From NCBI GenBank assembly GCA_963422395.1, contig OY729431.1:2464001-2528000 (forward strand): DNA of 64,000 nucleotides, written 5' to 3'. This document shows, one piece after another, positions 39,311-49,862 of this stretch (position 1 is the first letter of the stretch; the number at the start of each line of letters is the position of its first letter). The translations under genes and the position numbers were made by a program. This DNA comes from Vicinamibacteria bacterium. GTDB taxonomy: Bacteria > Acidobacteriota > Vicinamibacteria > Marinacidobacterales > Marinacidobacteraceae. The notes under the pieces are model-generated. The model was not told where the DNA came from. It saw only the letters and a program-made list of their open reading frames with translations, and did not search any database.

Positions 39311-40258
39311 CTACGGGGCGTAATCCACGATGTGGTCGAGCGGGTTCTGCGCCCGCTCGTTCAACCAGACCTCGTAGTGGAGGTGCGGCGCGCGGCTCCG
39401 GCCGGTGTTCCCGACGAGCCCCACCAGCTGTCCCCGGCGGAGGCGCTGATTACGGCGGACATGGACCTGCGACAGGTGTGCGTAGCGGGTCACGGTGCCG
39501 AACCCGTGGGAAACCACCACGAACTTTCCGTAGGTCGCGGAAGCCGAGGTCTCGATGACCAAGCCATCTGCGGTGACCCGCACCGGAGTTCCGGTATTCG
39601 CCGAGATATCCACTCCGTAGTGCCATTCCAGATCGCCGGTGAACGGATCGTTGCGGCGCCCGAACCCCGAGGACAGGTACCCGCGAACCGGCCAGATGGA
39701 CGGAGTTCCCGCCAGCAACCGGCTTTTTTCCCGCATCATCCGTTCGAGGGCGGTTCCCTGCTGGTCCAGCGATGCGATCCGGCCCGACAGGTCGTCGATC
39801 CGTTCACTCACATAGTCGTATCCCGCAGCGGTCCCCGAGCCGCCGACACCGCCGATCGGATTGGGAATCGGTTCGGCGCCGGCGAGCACCGCGAGCTTTC
39901 GCATCTGCGCCTCGAGCGATTCGAGCCGACCCGCCATCCGCTCGGTGTCCTGTGCATACCCGCGGTTCAGCCGGCGGAGCAGGTTCCGCTCCTCGGTCAG
40001 CGCCCGGGACGCTGGACTCTGGCGGACGAGGAGCCACCCGTAGTGGACGGCTCCGCCGAGTACCGCGACAGCAGCGAGGCGCAGCGCCCATCGCTTCCAG
40101 CCGGCGACCTGGATCTCGCGGGGGGTGTGCGTTCCCGCCCGGAAAACGATGAACCGGGTGGGACCGCCGCCGGTACGGAGAGGCAGCAGACGCCGGAAGA
40201 ACTCCCGTACCCGATAAGACTTTCCTCGGAACATGGACTTCGGCAGGATTTGTAACAA
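39311..40258 (-). CDS. M23 family metallopeptidase
   Basis: TM segment plus coiled coil; PSIWPVRG, HYGVDI, YAHL, PHLHYEV. Confidence 0.92.
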   Translation of the reverse strand: MLQILPKSMFRGKSYRVREFFRRLLPLRTGGGPTRFIVFRAGTHTPREIQVAGWKRWALRLAAVAVLGGAVHYGWLLVRQSPASRALTEERNLLRRLNRGYAQDTERMAGRLESLEAQMRKLAVLAGAEPIPNPIGGVGGSGTAAGYDYVSERIDDLSGRIASLDQQGTALERMMREKSRLLAGTPSIWPVRGYLSSGFGRRNDPFTGDLEWHYGVDISANTGTPVRVTADGLVIETSASATYGKFVVVSHGFGTVTRYAHLSQVHVRRNQRLRRGQLVGLVGNTGRSRAPHLHYEVWLNERAQNPLDHIVDYAP

Positions 40259-40392
40259 ATCGACCCTGGCAATTCAAGTTTCGGACAGGGCAGCTGCCTT
40301 CATCCTCCGGGGCAGCGCTCCCTCGAAACTGCGCCCGAGGGTCGGTGACGACAGCGAAAAAAGGTCACCCGCGGCGCGACCCGAGGGGAAGT

Positions 40393-42069
40393 TCACTCCC
40401 GCCTGTCCGGGGAAGGAGGGGCGGGAGTGCCGAAAGCCTCCGGAGACGGGACATCGGCAGCGGCTCGGAACTGCAGCGCCTCCTCGAAGTGCGCCGGCTG
40501 GAGGACCGTATCGCCGGCGAGATCGGCGATCGTGCGGGCCACTCGGAACGCGCGGGTCACGCCGCGCGCGGACAGGCCGAGGCCGTCCATCGCCCAGGAA
40601 ACCAGCGAGCGAAAGGGGCCCGCGCCACAGGCGCGCTTGACTTCCGCGACCGTGGTCCACGGATGCGCCTTCGCCGCCCGAAATCGCTCGTCGCGGGCAT
40701 GGCGGGCGCGCCGCACCCGCTCCCGGACCACGGCGCTCGACTCGCCCGGGCCGCCGCTGAGCACATCGCGCGAACGCACCGGGCGCACTGTCAGGTGCAT
40801 GTCCATCCGGTCGAGGAGCGGGCCGGAAATGCGCCCTCGATACCGGGCCACCGCCGCCGGGGTACACCGGCACGGCCGACCGCCATCGCCGTGAAAACCG
40901 CAGGGGCACGGATTCATGGCCGCCACCAGCTGGAAGGAAGCAGGAAAACGCAACGAATGCCGAACCCGTCCCACCTGGATGTCTCCGCTTTCGAGCGGTT
41001 GCCGCAGGCATTCGAGCACCGGGCGCTGGAACTCGGGGAGTTCGTCGAGGAACAGCACGCCGTGGTGGGCGAAGGTGATCTCGCCCGGGCTCGGACCCGG
41101 CCCGCCGCCGGCCATCGCCGCATACGAGATCGTGTGATGGGGAGCCCGGAACGGCGGACGGTTGCGAATCCGCGGCGATACCTCGCCGACCGCCGAGCGG
41201 ATGCGCGCCACATCCATCGCCTGGCAGGGGGTCAACTCCGGCAACAGATCGGGCAGGATGCCGACCAGCAGGGTTTTCCCGCTCCCCGGGGGACCGATGA
41301 AGAGCAGGTTGTGCCGGCCCGCAGCGGCGATTTCGAGCGCCCGCCGGGCGCGCGGCTGCCCCTGCACTTCCGCGAGGTCCACTCCGGACCGAGGCTCCGG
41401 CGGCTGCCGCCGCGGCACATGCGCCGGAGGAAGCGTTTCGGCGGCGAGCAAATCCATCGCAGCGCCGAGACTTTCCGCCGGATAGACCCGGAGCCCCGAG
41501 GCCAGCGCCGCCTCATCCGCATTTCCAGGAGGCAGGATCGCCATGCTCATCCCCGCAGCGGCAGCCTCCCAGGCGATCGGCAGCGCGCCGCGCACCGGTC
41601 GGAGAGCGCCGTCGAGCGCCACTTCACCGAGCAGCACCGTCTCGGACAGCCGGCGGCGCGGAACCATCCCCTTCGCGACCAGGATCCCGACCGCCACTGC
41701 CAGGTCGAACCCCGCACCCTCCTTGCGCACTCCGGCGGGAGCCAGATTCACGACGATGTGCGCATTTCCGGGATCGAATCCTCCGTTACGCAGAGCGGTC
41801 CGCACCCGCTGCTGCGCTTCCCGGACCACCGGATCGGGAAGGCCCACCATGTGGAAGCTCGGCTTGTCGGCGGGCTGCAGGTCCACTTCCACCCGAACCA
41901 GCAGACCATCCACCCCGCGAACGGTCCCGGTGCGGGTGACCGCGAGGAGGCGGCCCTCGGCGGCGGTTCGCGGCGGCCGGGGCCCGCCGCCGGGGCCGGG
42001 GGAGCCGTCCGGCGAGGAGGCCGGAGGCGGTATCTCGCCCGAGTCGGGGTGCGAAGAATCGAAGCGCAT
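40393..42069 (-). CDS. comM: YifB/ComM Mg-chelatase-like AAA+ ATPase (start uncertain)
   Basis: VNLAPA, GPPGSGKT, PFRAPHHT, GVLFLDELPEF, AAMNPCPCG, ISGPLLDR, ARTIADL. Confidence 0.93.
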   Translation of the reverse strand: MRFDSSHPDSGEIPPPASSPDGSPGPGGGPRPPRTAAEGRLLAVTRTGTVRGVDGLLVRVEVDLQPADKPSFHMVGLPDPVVREAQQRVRTALRNGGFDPGNAHIVVNLAPAGVRKEGAGFDLAVAVGILVAKGMVPRRRLSETVLLGEVALDGALRPVRGALPIAWEAAAAGMSMAILPPGNADEAALASGLRVYPAESLGAAMDLLAAETLPPAHVPRRQPPEPRSGVDLAEVQGQPRARRALEIAAAGRHNLLFIGPPGSGKTLLVGILPDLLPELTPCQAMDVARIRSAVGEVSPRIRNRPPFRAPHHTISYAAMAGGGPGPSPGEITFAHHGVLFLDELPEFQRPVLECLRQPLESGDIQVGRVRHSLRFPASFQLVAAMNPCPCGFHGDGGRPCRCTPAAVARYRGRISGPLLDRMDMHLTVRPVRSRDVLSGGPGESSAVVRERVRRARHARDERFRAAKAHPWTTVAEVKRACGAGPFRSLVSWAMDGLGLSARGVTRAFRVARTIADLAGDTVLQPAHFEEALQFRAAADVPSPEAFGTPAPPSPDRRE

Positions 42070-42349
42070 AGGAACATAGACGGGATTCGGAGCGATTTCT
42101 TCCCACTTTTTTCGGTTGTCGGGAAAAGTCGTCTGTGTGAGAGCAGCCGCGTTCCCGCAGCGGATAGGATTCGCTGCTGCTGCAGGCGGCTGCGGTCGCG
42201 CTCTAGAGCGGCGGGGCGGCGCTTCACTGGAGTCGGTCCCGTCGGCGGTTCGGGCACGGAGGCGCGAACCCGGGCTCTCGAAGAGCGGCGGCGGGACTGC
42301 CGGAGCGCGGCCCTCGCCGGCGGTCCCTGCCCACGACCCCCGCCACGAC

Positions 42350-43081
42350 ATGGACATCCTGACTCTGCTCACCGCCGCGGGCGCCGGCGTACTGTCGTTC
42401 CTCTCGCCGTGCGTGCTCCCCCTGGTTCCCGGTTACATCTCGTTCGTGTCGGGATCATCGCTGAGCGATCTGGCGGGGGGCGCTCAAGACGCCGCCGCTC
42501 GGGGGCGCCGGCGGCGGGTCATCCGGAACACCGTCGCCTTCGTGCTCGGGTTTTCCCTCGTGTTCGTCGCGATGGGCGCTTCGGCGACCTACGCAGGACA
42601 ATGGCTCGCGGGGAACCGGGTGCTGCTCGGCCGGATCGCCGGAACGGTGATCGTGGTGTTCGGGCTCCATGTCATGGGGCTCTTCAAGATTCCGTTCCTG
42701 AATGTGGAGAAGCGCTTCCACTCGAACCGGGAGCCGGTCAGCCTGTTGGGCTCGTTCGGGATCGGATTGGCTTTCGCCTTCGGCTGGTCGCCCTGTATCG
42801 GCCCCATCCTCGCCGGAGTGCTGGTGCTGGCGGCGAGCCGAGAGACCGTGGGGCAGGGCATCGTATTGCTGAGCGTCTATTCCGCCGGGCTCGGAATCCC
42901 GTTCCTGCTCACCGGCATCGCGGTGGACCGATTCTTCGCCCTCTCGGCTCGGGCCAAGCGCCACTTGCGGGTAGTGGAGATCGTCGCCGGCGCGCTGCTC
43001 ATCGTGATCGGAGTGCTGGTGTTCACCGACAGCCTGCAGGCGCTTTCGCGTTACCTCACCTTCCTGCCCGTCCTCGGCTGA
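42350..43081 (+). CDS. ccdA: Cytochrome c biogenesis protein CcdA
   Basis: SFLSPCVLPLVPGY and GWSPCIGPIL motifs; ~6 TM. Confidence 0.94.
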   Translation: MDILTLLTAAGAGVLSFLSPCVLPLVPGYISFVSGSSLSDLAGGAQDAAARGRRRRVIRNTVAFVLGFSLVFVAMGASATYAGQWLAGNRVLLGRIAGTVIVVFGLHVMGLFKIPFLNVEKRFHSNREPVSLLGSFGIGLAFAFGWSPCIGPILAGVLVLAASRETVGQGIVLLSVYSAGLGIPFLLTGIAVDRFFALSARAKRHLRVVEIVAGALLIVIGVLVFTDSLQALSRYLTFLPVLG

Positions 43082-43103
43082 ACCTTCTCCTCGGGGGTAT
43101 TCC

Positions 43104-43490
43104 ATGCCGCAACTGCTCGCTCTTTCCGCTCTGCTGGCCTTCGGGCTCACCGCTCAGGAACCCTGGGAGGTTCCCGAGGAGGCGCGCACGACTCCGAATC
43201 CGGTGCCGGGCGGCGAGGCGGCCGTTGCCGCCGGCAAGACCGCTTACGACGCTCGCTGCGCCTCCTGCCACGGCGACACCGGCAAGGGGGACGGGAAGGC
43301 CACGCGGTTCATCAAACCCGCGCCGGCAGACATCTCCACCGCCGAGGCTCGGGATCGGATGACCGACGGCGAGATGTTCTACAAGATCACCGAAGGCAGG
43401 AAACCGATGCCCGGGATGGCGCGAACCCTGAGTGAAGAGGAACGCTGGCAGGTGGTCCACTACCTTCGGACGCTGCAACCGCTCCGGTGA
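43104..43490 (+). CDS. Monoheme class I cytochrome c
   Basis: Signal peptide; CASCH heme motif; distal Met in PMPG. Confidence 0.92.
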   Translation: MPQLLALSALLAFGLTAQEPWEVPEEARTTPNPVPGGEAAVAAGKTAYDARCASCHGDTGKGDGKATRFIKPAPADISTAEARDRMTDGEMFYKITEGRKPMPGMARTLSEEERWQVVHYLRTLQPLR

Positions 43491-43522
43491 AACCCCGGAA
43501 GTCCGAGAAAGGAGAACGTCTC

Positions 43523-44059
43523 ATGTCCATTGCCAGACTCCCCCACCCGCTTCTCGTCGGCGCTGCACTTCTGACCGCCGGCTGTGTCGCTCCTCCTCCC
43601 GGAGGCGGAGGAAGCGGAGGAGGAATGGCCGCCGAAGCGCCCGATCTGACGCTGATGCTCGTGGACGGCAGCCGGGATTTGAGCCTGCTCGCGGACGGCG
43701 GCGGAAAGGTGGTCCTCGTGGACCTCTGGGCGACCTGGTGTGTTCCCTGCGTCGCCGAACTCCCACACCTGCAACAGCTCTCCGAGTCGCTGCCGGAGGA
43801 GGATTTCCTGATGCTGGGCATCGTGCTGGAATCCGGAGACCCCGAAGATGTCGCGCCGTTCATCGCGGAGAAGGGCCTCAGCTACCCGAACGTGATGGGG
43901 TCCAACGAGGCCCGCGACGCCTTCGGCCCCTTCCTCGGCTATCCGACGAAGTACCTCATCGATCGCAACGGAAAGCTCGTGAAGCGGTATTTCGGTGCGG
44001 TCGGAGAGACCCTGGACGAAGAGATCGGCAAACTCCTCGAGAACGGCACCCTCGACTGA
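43523..44059 (+). CDS. TlpA/ResA-family disulfide reductase lipoprotein
   Basis: Lipobox LTAGC; WATWCVPC, YPTKYLIDRNG. Confidence 0.92.
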   Translation: MSIARLPHPLLVGAALLTAGCVAPPPGGGGSGGGMAAEAPDLTLMLVDGSRDLSLLADGGGKVVLVDLWATWCVPCVAELPHLQQLSESLPEEDFLMLGIVLESGDPEDVAPFIAEKGLSYPNVMGSNEARDAFGPFLGYPTKYLIDRNGKLVKRYFGAVGETLDEEIGKLLENGTLD

Positions 44060-44179
44060 CCCACACCGCGGCGCTGCCGCGCCCCCGGCAGCTGCGGCCT
44101 CCGCCCCGCGGCTCCACACCTGCTGTGCCCGAAGCGAAGCTTCGGGTGCGGCGCAGCGGGAGAAAGTGTGAAAGGGGGC

Positions 44180-45046
44180 CTAGCAGCCCGTGGAAAAACT
44201 ACCCTAATCGGTGAGGATCAGCGGCCCCGGAGGGGGTGCCGTGATCGGCGCAGTACGGCGTGCGGGCGCGGTCTGCGCGGGAAAACCGCCCGACAGGGCG
44301 CTATCCAGGCCCAGGCGGGCGGTTCCCGGCTCCGGTAGGCGAAAATGAGAGCGAAAAGCGCGCCGCCGAACGCCGCCGCGCGCCCCTGCAGTCGTCGCGG
44401 CTTGCCGATTCCGCACCGGTGGCGCATCAGCAGCCCGAGGTCGAAGCCCGCTGCCTGGATCAACAGCCGCTTCCCGATGTTCCCCCGTCCGCGCAAATAC
44501 AGCCGCCGCATCCCCCCGGTCTCGTAACCGTGCGCAAACGAGCGCTCCACCAACTCGCCCCGCCGGCGCAGCAGGCGCTTCCCGTGCTCACCACGAACGC
44601 GCCGCCGATTCGCAACCACCGCCCGGCGCTCCTCCTCCTTCCCCCGCCAGCTCCAAAGGCCTCGCTTCGGCTCCGATACATACGAACGCACCCCCTCCCG
44701 CCGCAGACGCAACCGCGTCGCGTTGCTGTGATACTCCTTGTCGCACACCAGCTCTCGCGGACCAGCCGGTTCCCCGACCGCCGACGCCAGCGCCCCGCTC
44801 TCCCGGTCCAACCGCATCGAATCCGGACTCTTCCAGAATCCGGTTCAGCCGCTCGTAGAACGGATCCCCCGCGCTTCGAGGAAGACTCGCCGTCGAAGTC
44901 CAGGATGTCCGGCGCTGCTCAACCCGACGCAATCCCATAGCCATACACACATACGGCCAAACTGACCCCGCTCGGTCGAGAGCTCCTGGTTCGCCGGGCG
45001 CCTCCCCGATCTTGGGGCTCGCGCCACTTCATCCACAGGCTGCCAG
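44180..45046 (-). mobile_element. Internally deleted IS1182-like insertion sequence
   Basis: Imperfect terminal IRs CAGCCCGTGGAAAAACT (from 44184) and ACTTCATCCACAGGCTG (to 45042), flanked by CTAG/CCAG; contains transposase fragments. Confidence 0.85.
44218..44950 (-). pseudogene. IS1182-like DDE transposase remnant (N- and C-termini only, out of frame)
   Basis: N-terminus LPRSAGDPFYERLNRILEESGFDA; C-terminus DKEYHS, RGELVERSFAHGYETGGMRR; central catalytic region missing. Confidence 0.85.
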
Positions 45047-46447
45047 GAGGCCGGCAGCGAGGAAGGCCGCGGCGGCGGCGAATCCTCCCAGCAGCGCGTA
45101 AGGCAGCTGGGTATTCACATGGTCCACCAGGTCGGAGCCCGAGGCCATCGAAGCGATGATCGTGGTATCGGAGATGGGCGAACAGTGGTCACCGAAGATG
45201 CCGCCGGAGAGCACCGCGCCGGTGACCAGCGAAATGTCGAGCCCGAGTGTCGAAACCGCCGGGATCGCCAGCGGCAGCATGATAGCGAAGGTGCCCCAGG
45301 AGGTCCCCGTCGAGAAGGCCGTCGCCGCGCTCACCGCGAAGAGGACCGCCGGCAGGAGCCAGGCGGGCATCGCCGCTCCCGCGAGTTCCGCGAGATAGAC
45401 CCCGGCGCCGAGGTCCCGCGCCACCCCGGAGATCGCGAAGGCGAGCAGCAGCACCGTGACCACCGGCACCATTCCGGAAGCTCCCTGCACCACCAGGTCC
45501 ACGCTCTCGGAAAGCCGCAGCACCCGCTGGAAGAGCCCGAGCAGGGCGGCGGCCGCGACGGCGGCGAGAACCGCCCAGAGCACGGAAACGCCCCCGTCCC
45601 CGGCGAGCAGGTCCCCTTCCCCGGTGATCCAGAGCCCGAGGAAGATCATCGCGAGCAGGATCGCCAGCGGAACGACCAGGTTTCGCGCCCGATGGGGAAC
45701 GCCAGGTCCGGGGGGCAGTGCGAGCACTTCGGTGGAAACCAGCGGGCGGGCGCCTTTCCGGAGGACCTGGCCGGTCTCCCGCGCCCGCCGCTGGGCGCGC
45801 GCCATCGGGCCGAAGTCCCGCCCCGAGAGGCCGAAGACGAAGGCCAGCGCGAGCGCGGCGAGTGCGTAGAAATTGAACGGGATGCTGCTCACCAGCACTG
45901 AAACGCCGCGTTCGACTCCGAGCGTCCCCAGGACGCCGATCACGAGCGCTCCCCAGCCGTTCATCGGGATCAGGATGCAAACCGGCGCCGAGGTGGAGTC
46001 GGTGAGATAGGCCAGCTTCTCCCGCGAGAGGCGGAAGCGGTCGAACAGGGGCCGCGACACCGTGCCGCTGACCAGGCAGGTGATGCTCGATTCGACGAAG
46101 ATGCCCAGTCCGAGCAGCAGGGCGAGCGCCTGGGCGCCCCGCGGCCCGCTGACCAGCCGGCGCGAGGTGACCCAATGGACGAAGCCGGTGATCCCGCCGG
46201 TGCGTCCGACGAGCGCCAGCACTGCACCGACCAGGGTGCTGAAAAGCAGGATGGACGGATTTTCGGAAAATGCGGTGGTGATCCGGGTCACGGTGGCGGC
46301 CAGCGCCGAGAAGGGATTCCCGCCAACGAGGAGCAGCTCGCCGAACACCACCCCGGCCAGCAGCGCCAGCACCGCCTGCCTCGTTGTCAGGGCGACGAGA
46401 ATCGCGAGGATCGGGGGAAGGATGCTGAGGAAGCCGAGGTCGTCCAC
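45029..46447 (-). CDS. Na+/H+ antiporter NhaC-family protein
   Basis: SREKLAYLTDSTSAPVC, FSTGTSWGTF, GDHCSPISDTTI, HVNTQLPYA. Confidence 0.92.
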   Translation of the reverse strand: MDDLGFLSILPPILAILVALTTRQAVLALLAGVVFGELLLVGGNPFSALAATVTRITTAFSENPSILLFSTLVGAVLALVGRTGGITGFVHWVTSRRLVSGPRGAQALALLLGLGIFVESSITCLVSGTVSRPLFDRFRLSREKLAYLTDSTSAPVCILIPMNGWGALVIGVLGTLGVERGVSVLVSSIPFNFYALAALALAFVFGLSGRDFGPMARAQRRARETGQVLRKGARPLVSTEVLALPPGPGVPHRARNLVVPLAILLAMIFLGLWITGEGDLLAGDGGVSVLWAVLAAVAAAALLGLFQRVLRLSESVDLVVQGASGMVPVVTVLLLAFAISGVARDLGAGVYLAELAGAAMPAWLLPAVLFAVSAATAFSTGTSWGTFAIMLPLAIPAVSTLGLDISLVTGAVLSGGIFGDHCSPISDTTIIASMASGSDLVDHVNTQLPYALLGGFAAAAAFLAAGLLAACG

Positions 46448-46694
46448 GAGTGGGGAACTCCTTTTCGAGTCTGGTTGGCGGAGTCAGCCTCTCGTTCGGG
46501 TACGGCTGAGAGAGGAATCCGCGCTACGGCCCGCACCGAGCGGCCGAGCGTCGGCGGGCCGCCTGCCCACCTTCACGGAGGCGGGGCGTTGTCCGCGGGC
46601 GGCAATCGTTGCATGGCGGCGACGGTACACTCTCCCGCGGATCGGAACCGCCTCCTTCGGGCGGCGCTTCCGGACGATTCGGCGACGGAGATCC

Positions 46695-48188
46695 TTGGAA
46701 GAACGAAACAAGACGCTACGGCCGGGGAGGGACCGGGGGGCTTCCGACACCGAGCCTGTCCGGCGGTCCGATCGGCAGGCAGGTAGGCAGCCCGCCGGTG
46801 AAGCGAGATCGCCGGAGTCGCGCCGGGACTCGAAACGGCAGGCGAGCCGGGAACGCGCCGGAGGACGAGGACCACACCCCACCGGACCGTCTCCGGCTGA
46901 GATCGACGGGGTACGCATCGTTCGGGATGCGGCCGGGCTCGAGACGCTCATCGGCGAGGTGCGTGCTCAGGGGGAGTTCGCCCTCGACACCGAGTTCATC
47001 CCGGAGAATCGCCTCTTCCCTGAACTCGGGCTGGTCCAGATCGCTTCGCCAGGGGTGGAAGCGGTCGTGGACCCACTCGAAATCGAGGATCTGGGTCCGC
47101 TCTTCGCGCTGGTCGCAGATCCCGCGATCCAGAAAGTCGTCCATTCGGGCAAGCACGACTTCGACATCTTCTACGCGCTGGCTTCGGTCGTGCCGCAGAA
47201 TGTCTTCGACACCCAGATCGCCGCCGCGGTGATCGGCCACGGCAAGAAGGTGCAGGTTGCGCTCCGGACGCTGGTCGCGGGTTTCGTGGGCCGCGAGCTC
47301 TCGAAACAGGAGCAGATGTCCAACTGGCTGCGGCGTCCGCTGACGCCCCGCCAAGTGGAGTACGCGATCGCCGATGTCCGCTATCTCCTGCCGCTTCGGG
47401 CCAAGCTCATCGCGCGGGCGACCGCGCTCGGCCGACAGGACTGGTTGGACGAGGAGATGAAGCCGCTGACTATCGAGTCCGCTTACCAGCTGCCGCCGGT
47501 CGAGGAGTGTTACCGCGCCCTCGACGCGCCCGGCCTCACGCCCTCGCAGCGCGGTTCGCTCCGAGAACTGGCCGCTTGGAGAGAACGGCGCGCCCGGGCT
47601 TCCAACCGACCCCGCGGTTGGATCCTCAAGGACGGAGCGGTCCGCGACCTGGCGCGCCGCCAGCCACGGAACCGGGAACAGCTGTTGGCACCCTACGAAT
47701 CCACCGGCGGCCGGCCGCCGAAGGGAGACCCGAGAACCGTCCAGCAGACGCGCGGGGCTCTGCAAAAGAACGCCGAAAAGGTACTCCGCCTGCTCGAAGC
47801 CGGCGCTTCTTGCCCGATTCCCTTCACCGGAACCGGGAAACAGGAGCGCCGCTCCGCTCCCGAGTCGCTGGCCCTGTTGCTGGAGACCTGGCTCAAGCTG
47901 CGCGCCGCCGAGCACGGAGTCGCCCCCGAACTGCTGGCCACCCAGGAGGAGTTGCGCGCCATCGCTGCCGCCTGGCCGGAAGAGCCTCCCAGTGCGCGGC
48001 CGCTCACCGGATACCGCCGCCGTGTCCTGGGCAACGACTTGCTCCTCATTCTCTCCGGACAGGCGGTCATCCAGGTGGGCGCCAAGGGGAAACAGCCCGG
48101 CGAGCGGCCTCCGATCCGGCTCGCGCGTCTCGGCCGCCTCGGCCGGTTCGTCCTCCGGGACTACGGCAAAGGGAATGGGCCCCGATGA
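46695..48188 (+). CDS. rnd: Ribonuclease D (DEDDy exonuclease + HRDC); start approximate
   Basis: FALDTEF, KVVHSGKHD, FDTQIAA, NWLRRPL, YAIADV, AWRERRARASNRPRGWIL. Confidence 0.9.
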   Translation: MEERNKTLRPGRDRGASDTEPVRRSDRQAGRQPAGEARSPESRRDSKRQASRERAGGRGPHPTGPSPAEIDGVRIVRDAAGLETLIGEVRAQGEFALDTEFIPENRLFPELGLVQIASPGVEAVVDPLEIEDLGPLFALVADPAIQKVVHSGKHDFDIFYALASVVPQNVFDTQIAAAVIGHGKKVQVALRTLVAGFVGRELSKQEQMSNWLRRPLTPRQVEYAIADVRYLLPLRAKLIARATALGRQDWLDEEMKPLTIESAYQLPPVEECYRALDAPGLTPSQRGSLRELAAWRERRARASNRPRGWILKDGAVRDLARRQPRNREQLLAPYESTGGRPPKGDPRTVQQTRGALQKNAEKVLRLLEAGASCPIPFTGTGKQERRSAPESLALLLETWLKLRAAEHGVAPELLATQEELRAIAAAWPEEPPSARPLTGYRRRVLGNDLLLILSGQAVIQVGAKGKQPGERPPIRLARLGRLGRFVLRDYGKGNGPR

Positions 48189-48217
48189 ACGAGCTGTCCC
48201 CGATCCTCGCACCGGCC

Positions 48218-48413
48218 CTAGCAGCCTGTGGACGAAGTCACACGGCCAAAGGTCGGCGATGCCCAGTCCTCCCGGTGGGGGCCCCGGCTGAACCGCTTCG
48301 CTCGGCGCTGCGATTCCGTCGGAATACACCCGGTATGCCTCCCGAATCGCGCCTTGTCCGCCGGGCGCCTCCCCGACCTTGGGGCTCGCGCCACTTCATC
48401 CACAGACTGCTAG
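48218..48413. mobile_element. MITE (188 bp between CTAG flanks) derived from the IS1182-like element
   Basis: CTAG-CAGCCTGTGGACGAAGT ... ACTTCATCCACAGACTG-CTAG; the right ~50 bp are nearly identical to ~44992-45042. Confidence 0.88.
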
Positions 48414-48474
48414 TCCATGCTCTCGCCGCTGTCGACCGCAGAACGGCGAAGCCTCTTCCCGCTCCGCTTTCATC

Positions 48475-49779
48475 ATGAAGAACACTCCCTGGTACCGCAA
48501 GCTGTGGGTGCAGATCCTCGCGGGTCTCGCCCTGGGCGTCGTGTACGGCGCCTTCGCCGCCGCCGCCGGCTGGACGGAGTTCACCGAGGACTTCATCGCG
48601 CCGTTCGGGGTGGTTTTCTTCAACGGCCTGCAGCTGATCGCGGTGCCGCTCGTTCTCGCCTCGCTCATCATCGGGGTGTCCTCGCTCAGCGACATGCGCA
48701 AGGTGAGCCGGATCGGCGGAAAGACGATCGCCATCTATGTGGCGACCACCGCGATCTCGGTCACCATCGGCCTCGCCTACGCCAATCTGCTGCGGCCCGG
48801 CGACCAGGTGCCGGAAGCGCTCCAGCAGGAACTCTCCGAACAGTACCGGGAGGCCGCGGAGGGGCGGGAGGGCCAGGCGGCCCGCCTGATGGAAGAGCGC
48901 GGTCCGCTCAGCTTCCTACTCGACATCGTGCCCTCGAACGCGGTGTCTTCGGCCTCGAACAACCGGAACATGCTCCAGGTTGTGTTCCTGGCGCTGCTGT
49001 TCGGCATCGCGCTGCTCCGGATCCCGCAGGAGAAGGCAGCGCCGCTGATCGGCTTCTTCAAGGGACTCGAAGCGGTCGTCGTCGAATTCGTCGGAATCGT
49101 GATGCGGATGGCGCCGCTCGGAGTGTTCGCGCTCATCGCCCGCGCCATCACCGGGATGGCCGGAGACGACCCGCAGCAGGTCGCGCAACTGCTCGGCGCG
49201 CTCGGGTTCTACTGCTTCGTGGTGATCGCCGGACTCGCGACCCAGATGCTGGTCGTCTATCCGCTGATCCTGAAGCTCTTCACTCCGATCCGTTGGCGGC
49301 GCTTCTTCCCCGCGGCCGGCCAGGTGCAGCTGGTCGCGTTCTCGACGAGTTCCAGCGGCGCCACTCTCCCGGTGACGATGGATCGCGCCCAGCGCGATCT
49401 GGGAGTGTCCGAGGAGGTTTCGTCGTTCGTCCTTCCGCTCGGAGCCACGATCAACATGGACGGCACCGCGCTCTACCAGGCGGCGGCGGCGATCTTCATC
49501 GCGCAGTCTCTCGGAATGTCCATCGGTCTCGAGGGGCAGCTGGCCATCGTGCTCACCGCGGTGCTCGTCTCGATCGGGACGGCGGCGGTCCCGGGCGCGG
49601 GGATCATCATGCTGGTCATCATCCTGCAGGCCATCGGAGTGCCCACCGAGGGGGTGGCGCTCATCCTCGGAGTGGACCGCATCCTCGACATGATGCGGAC
49701 CGCTACGAATGTCACCGGTGACCTGACGGTCGCTTCGGTGGTCGCCGCCTCGGAAAACCAGCTCTCGATCCGGAAGTGA
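48475..49779 (+). CDS. Dicarboxylate/amino acid:cation symporter (GltP/DAACS)
   Basis: AFSTSSSGATLP, LPLGATINMDGT, GVDRILDMMRT. Confidence 0.95.
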   Translation: MKNTPWYRKLWVQILAGLALGVVYGAFAAAAGWTEFTEDFIAPFGVVFFNGLQLIAVPLVLASLIIGVSSLSDMRKVSRIGGKTIAIYVATTAISVTIGLAYANLLRPGDQVPEALQQELSEQYREAAEGREGQAARLMEERGPLSFLLDIVPSNAVSSASNNRNMLQVVFLALLFGIALLRIPQEKAAPLIGFFKGLEAVVVEFVGIVMRMAPLGVFALIARAITGMAGDDPQQVAQLLGALGFYCFVVIAGLATQMLVVYPLILKLFTPIRWRRFFPAAGQVQLVAFSTSSSGATLPVTMDRAQRDLGVSEEVSSFVLPLGATINMDGTALYQAAAAIFIAQSLGMSIGLEGQLAIVLTAVLVSIGTAAVPGAGIIMLVIILQAIGVPTEGVALILGVDRILDMMRTATNVTGDLTVASVVAASENQLSIRK

Positions 49780-49862
49780 GAAGCGGGAGGGTGGTTTGAC
49801 CGCTATCGCTCTTCATCTCTCTCGAAGGGCCCCTCTGTCTGGTATAGCCTTGCCCGAGTCGC

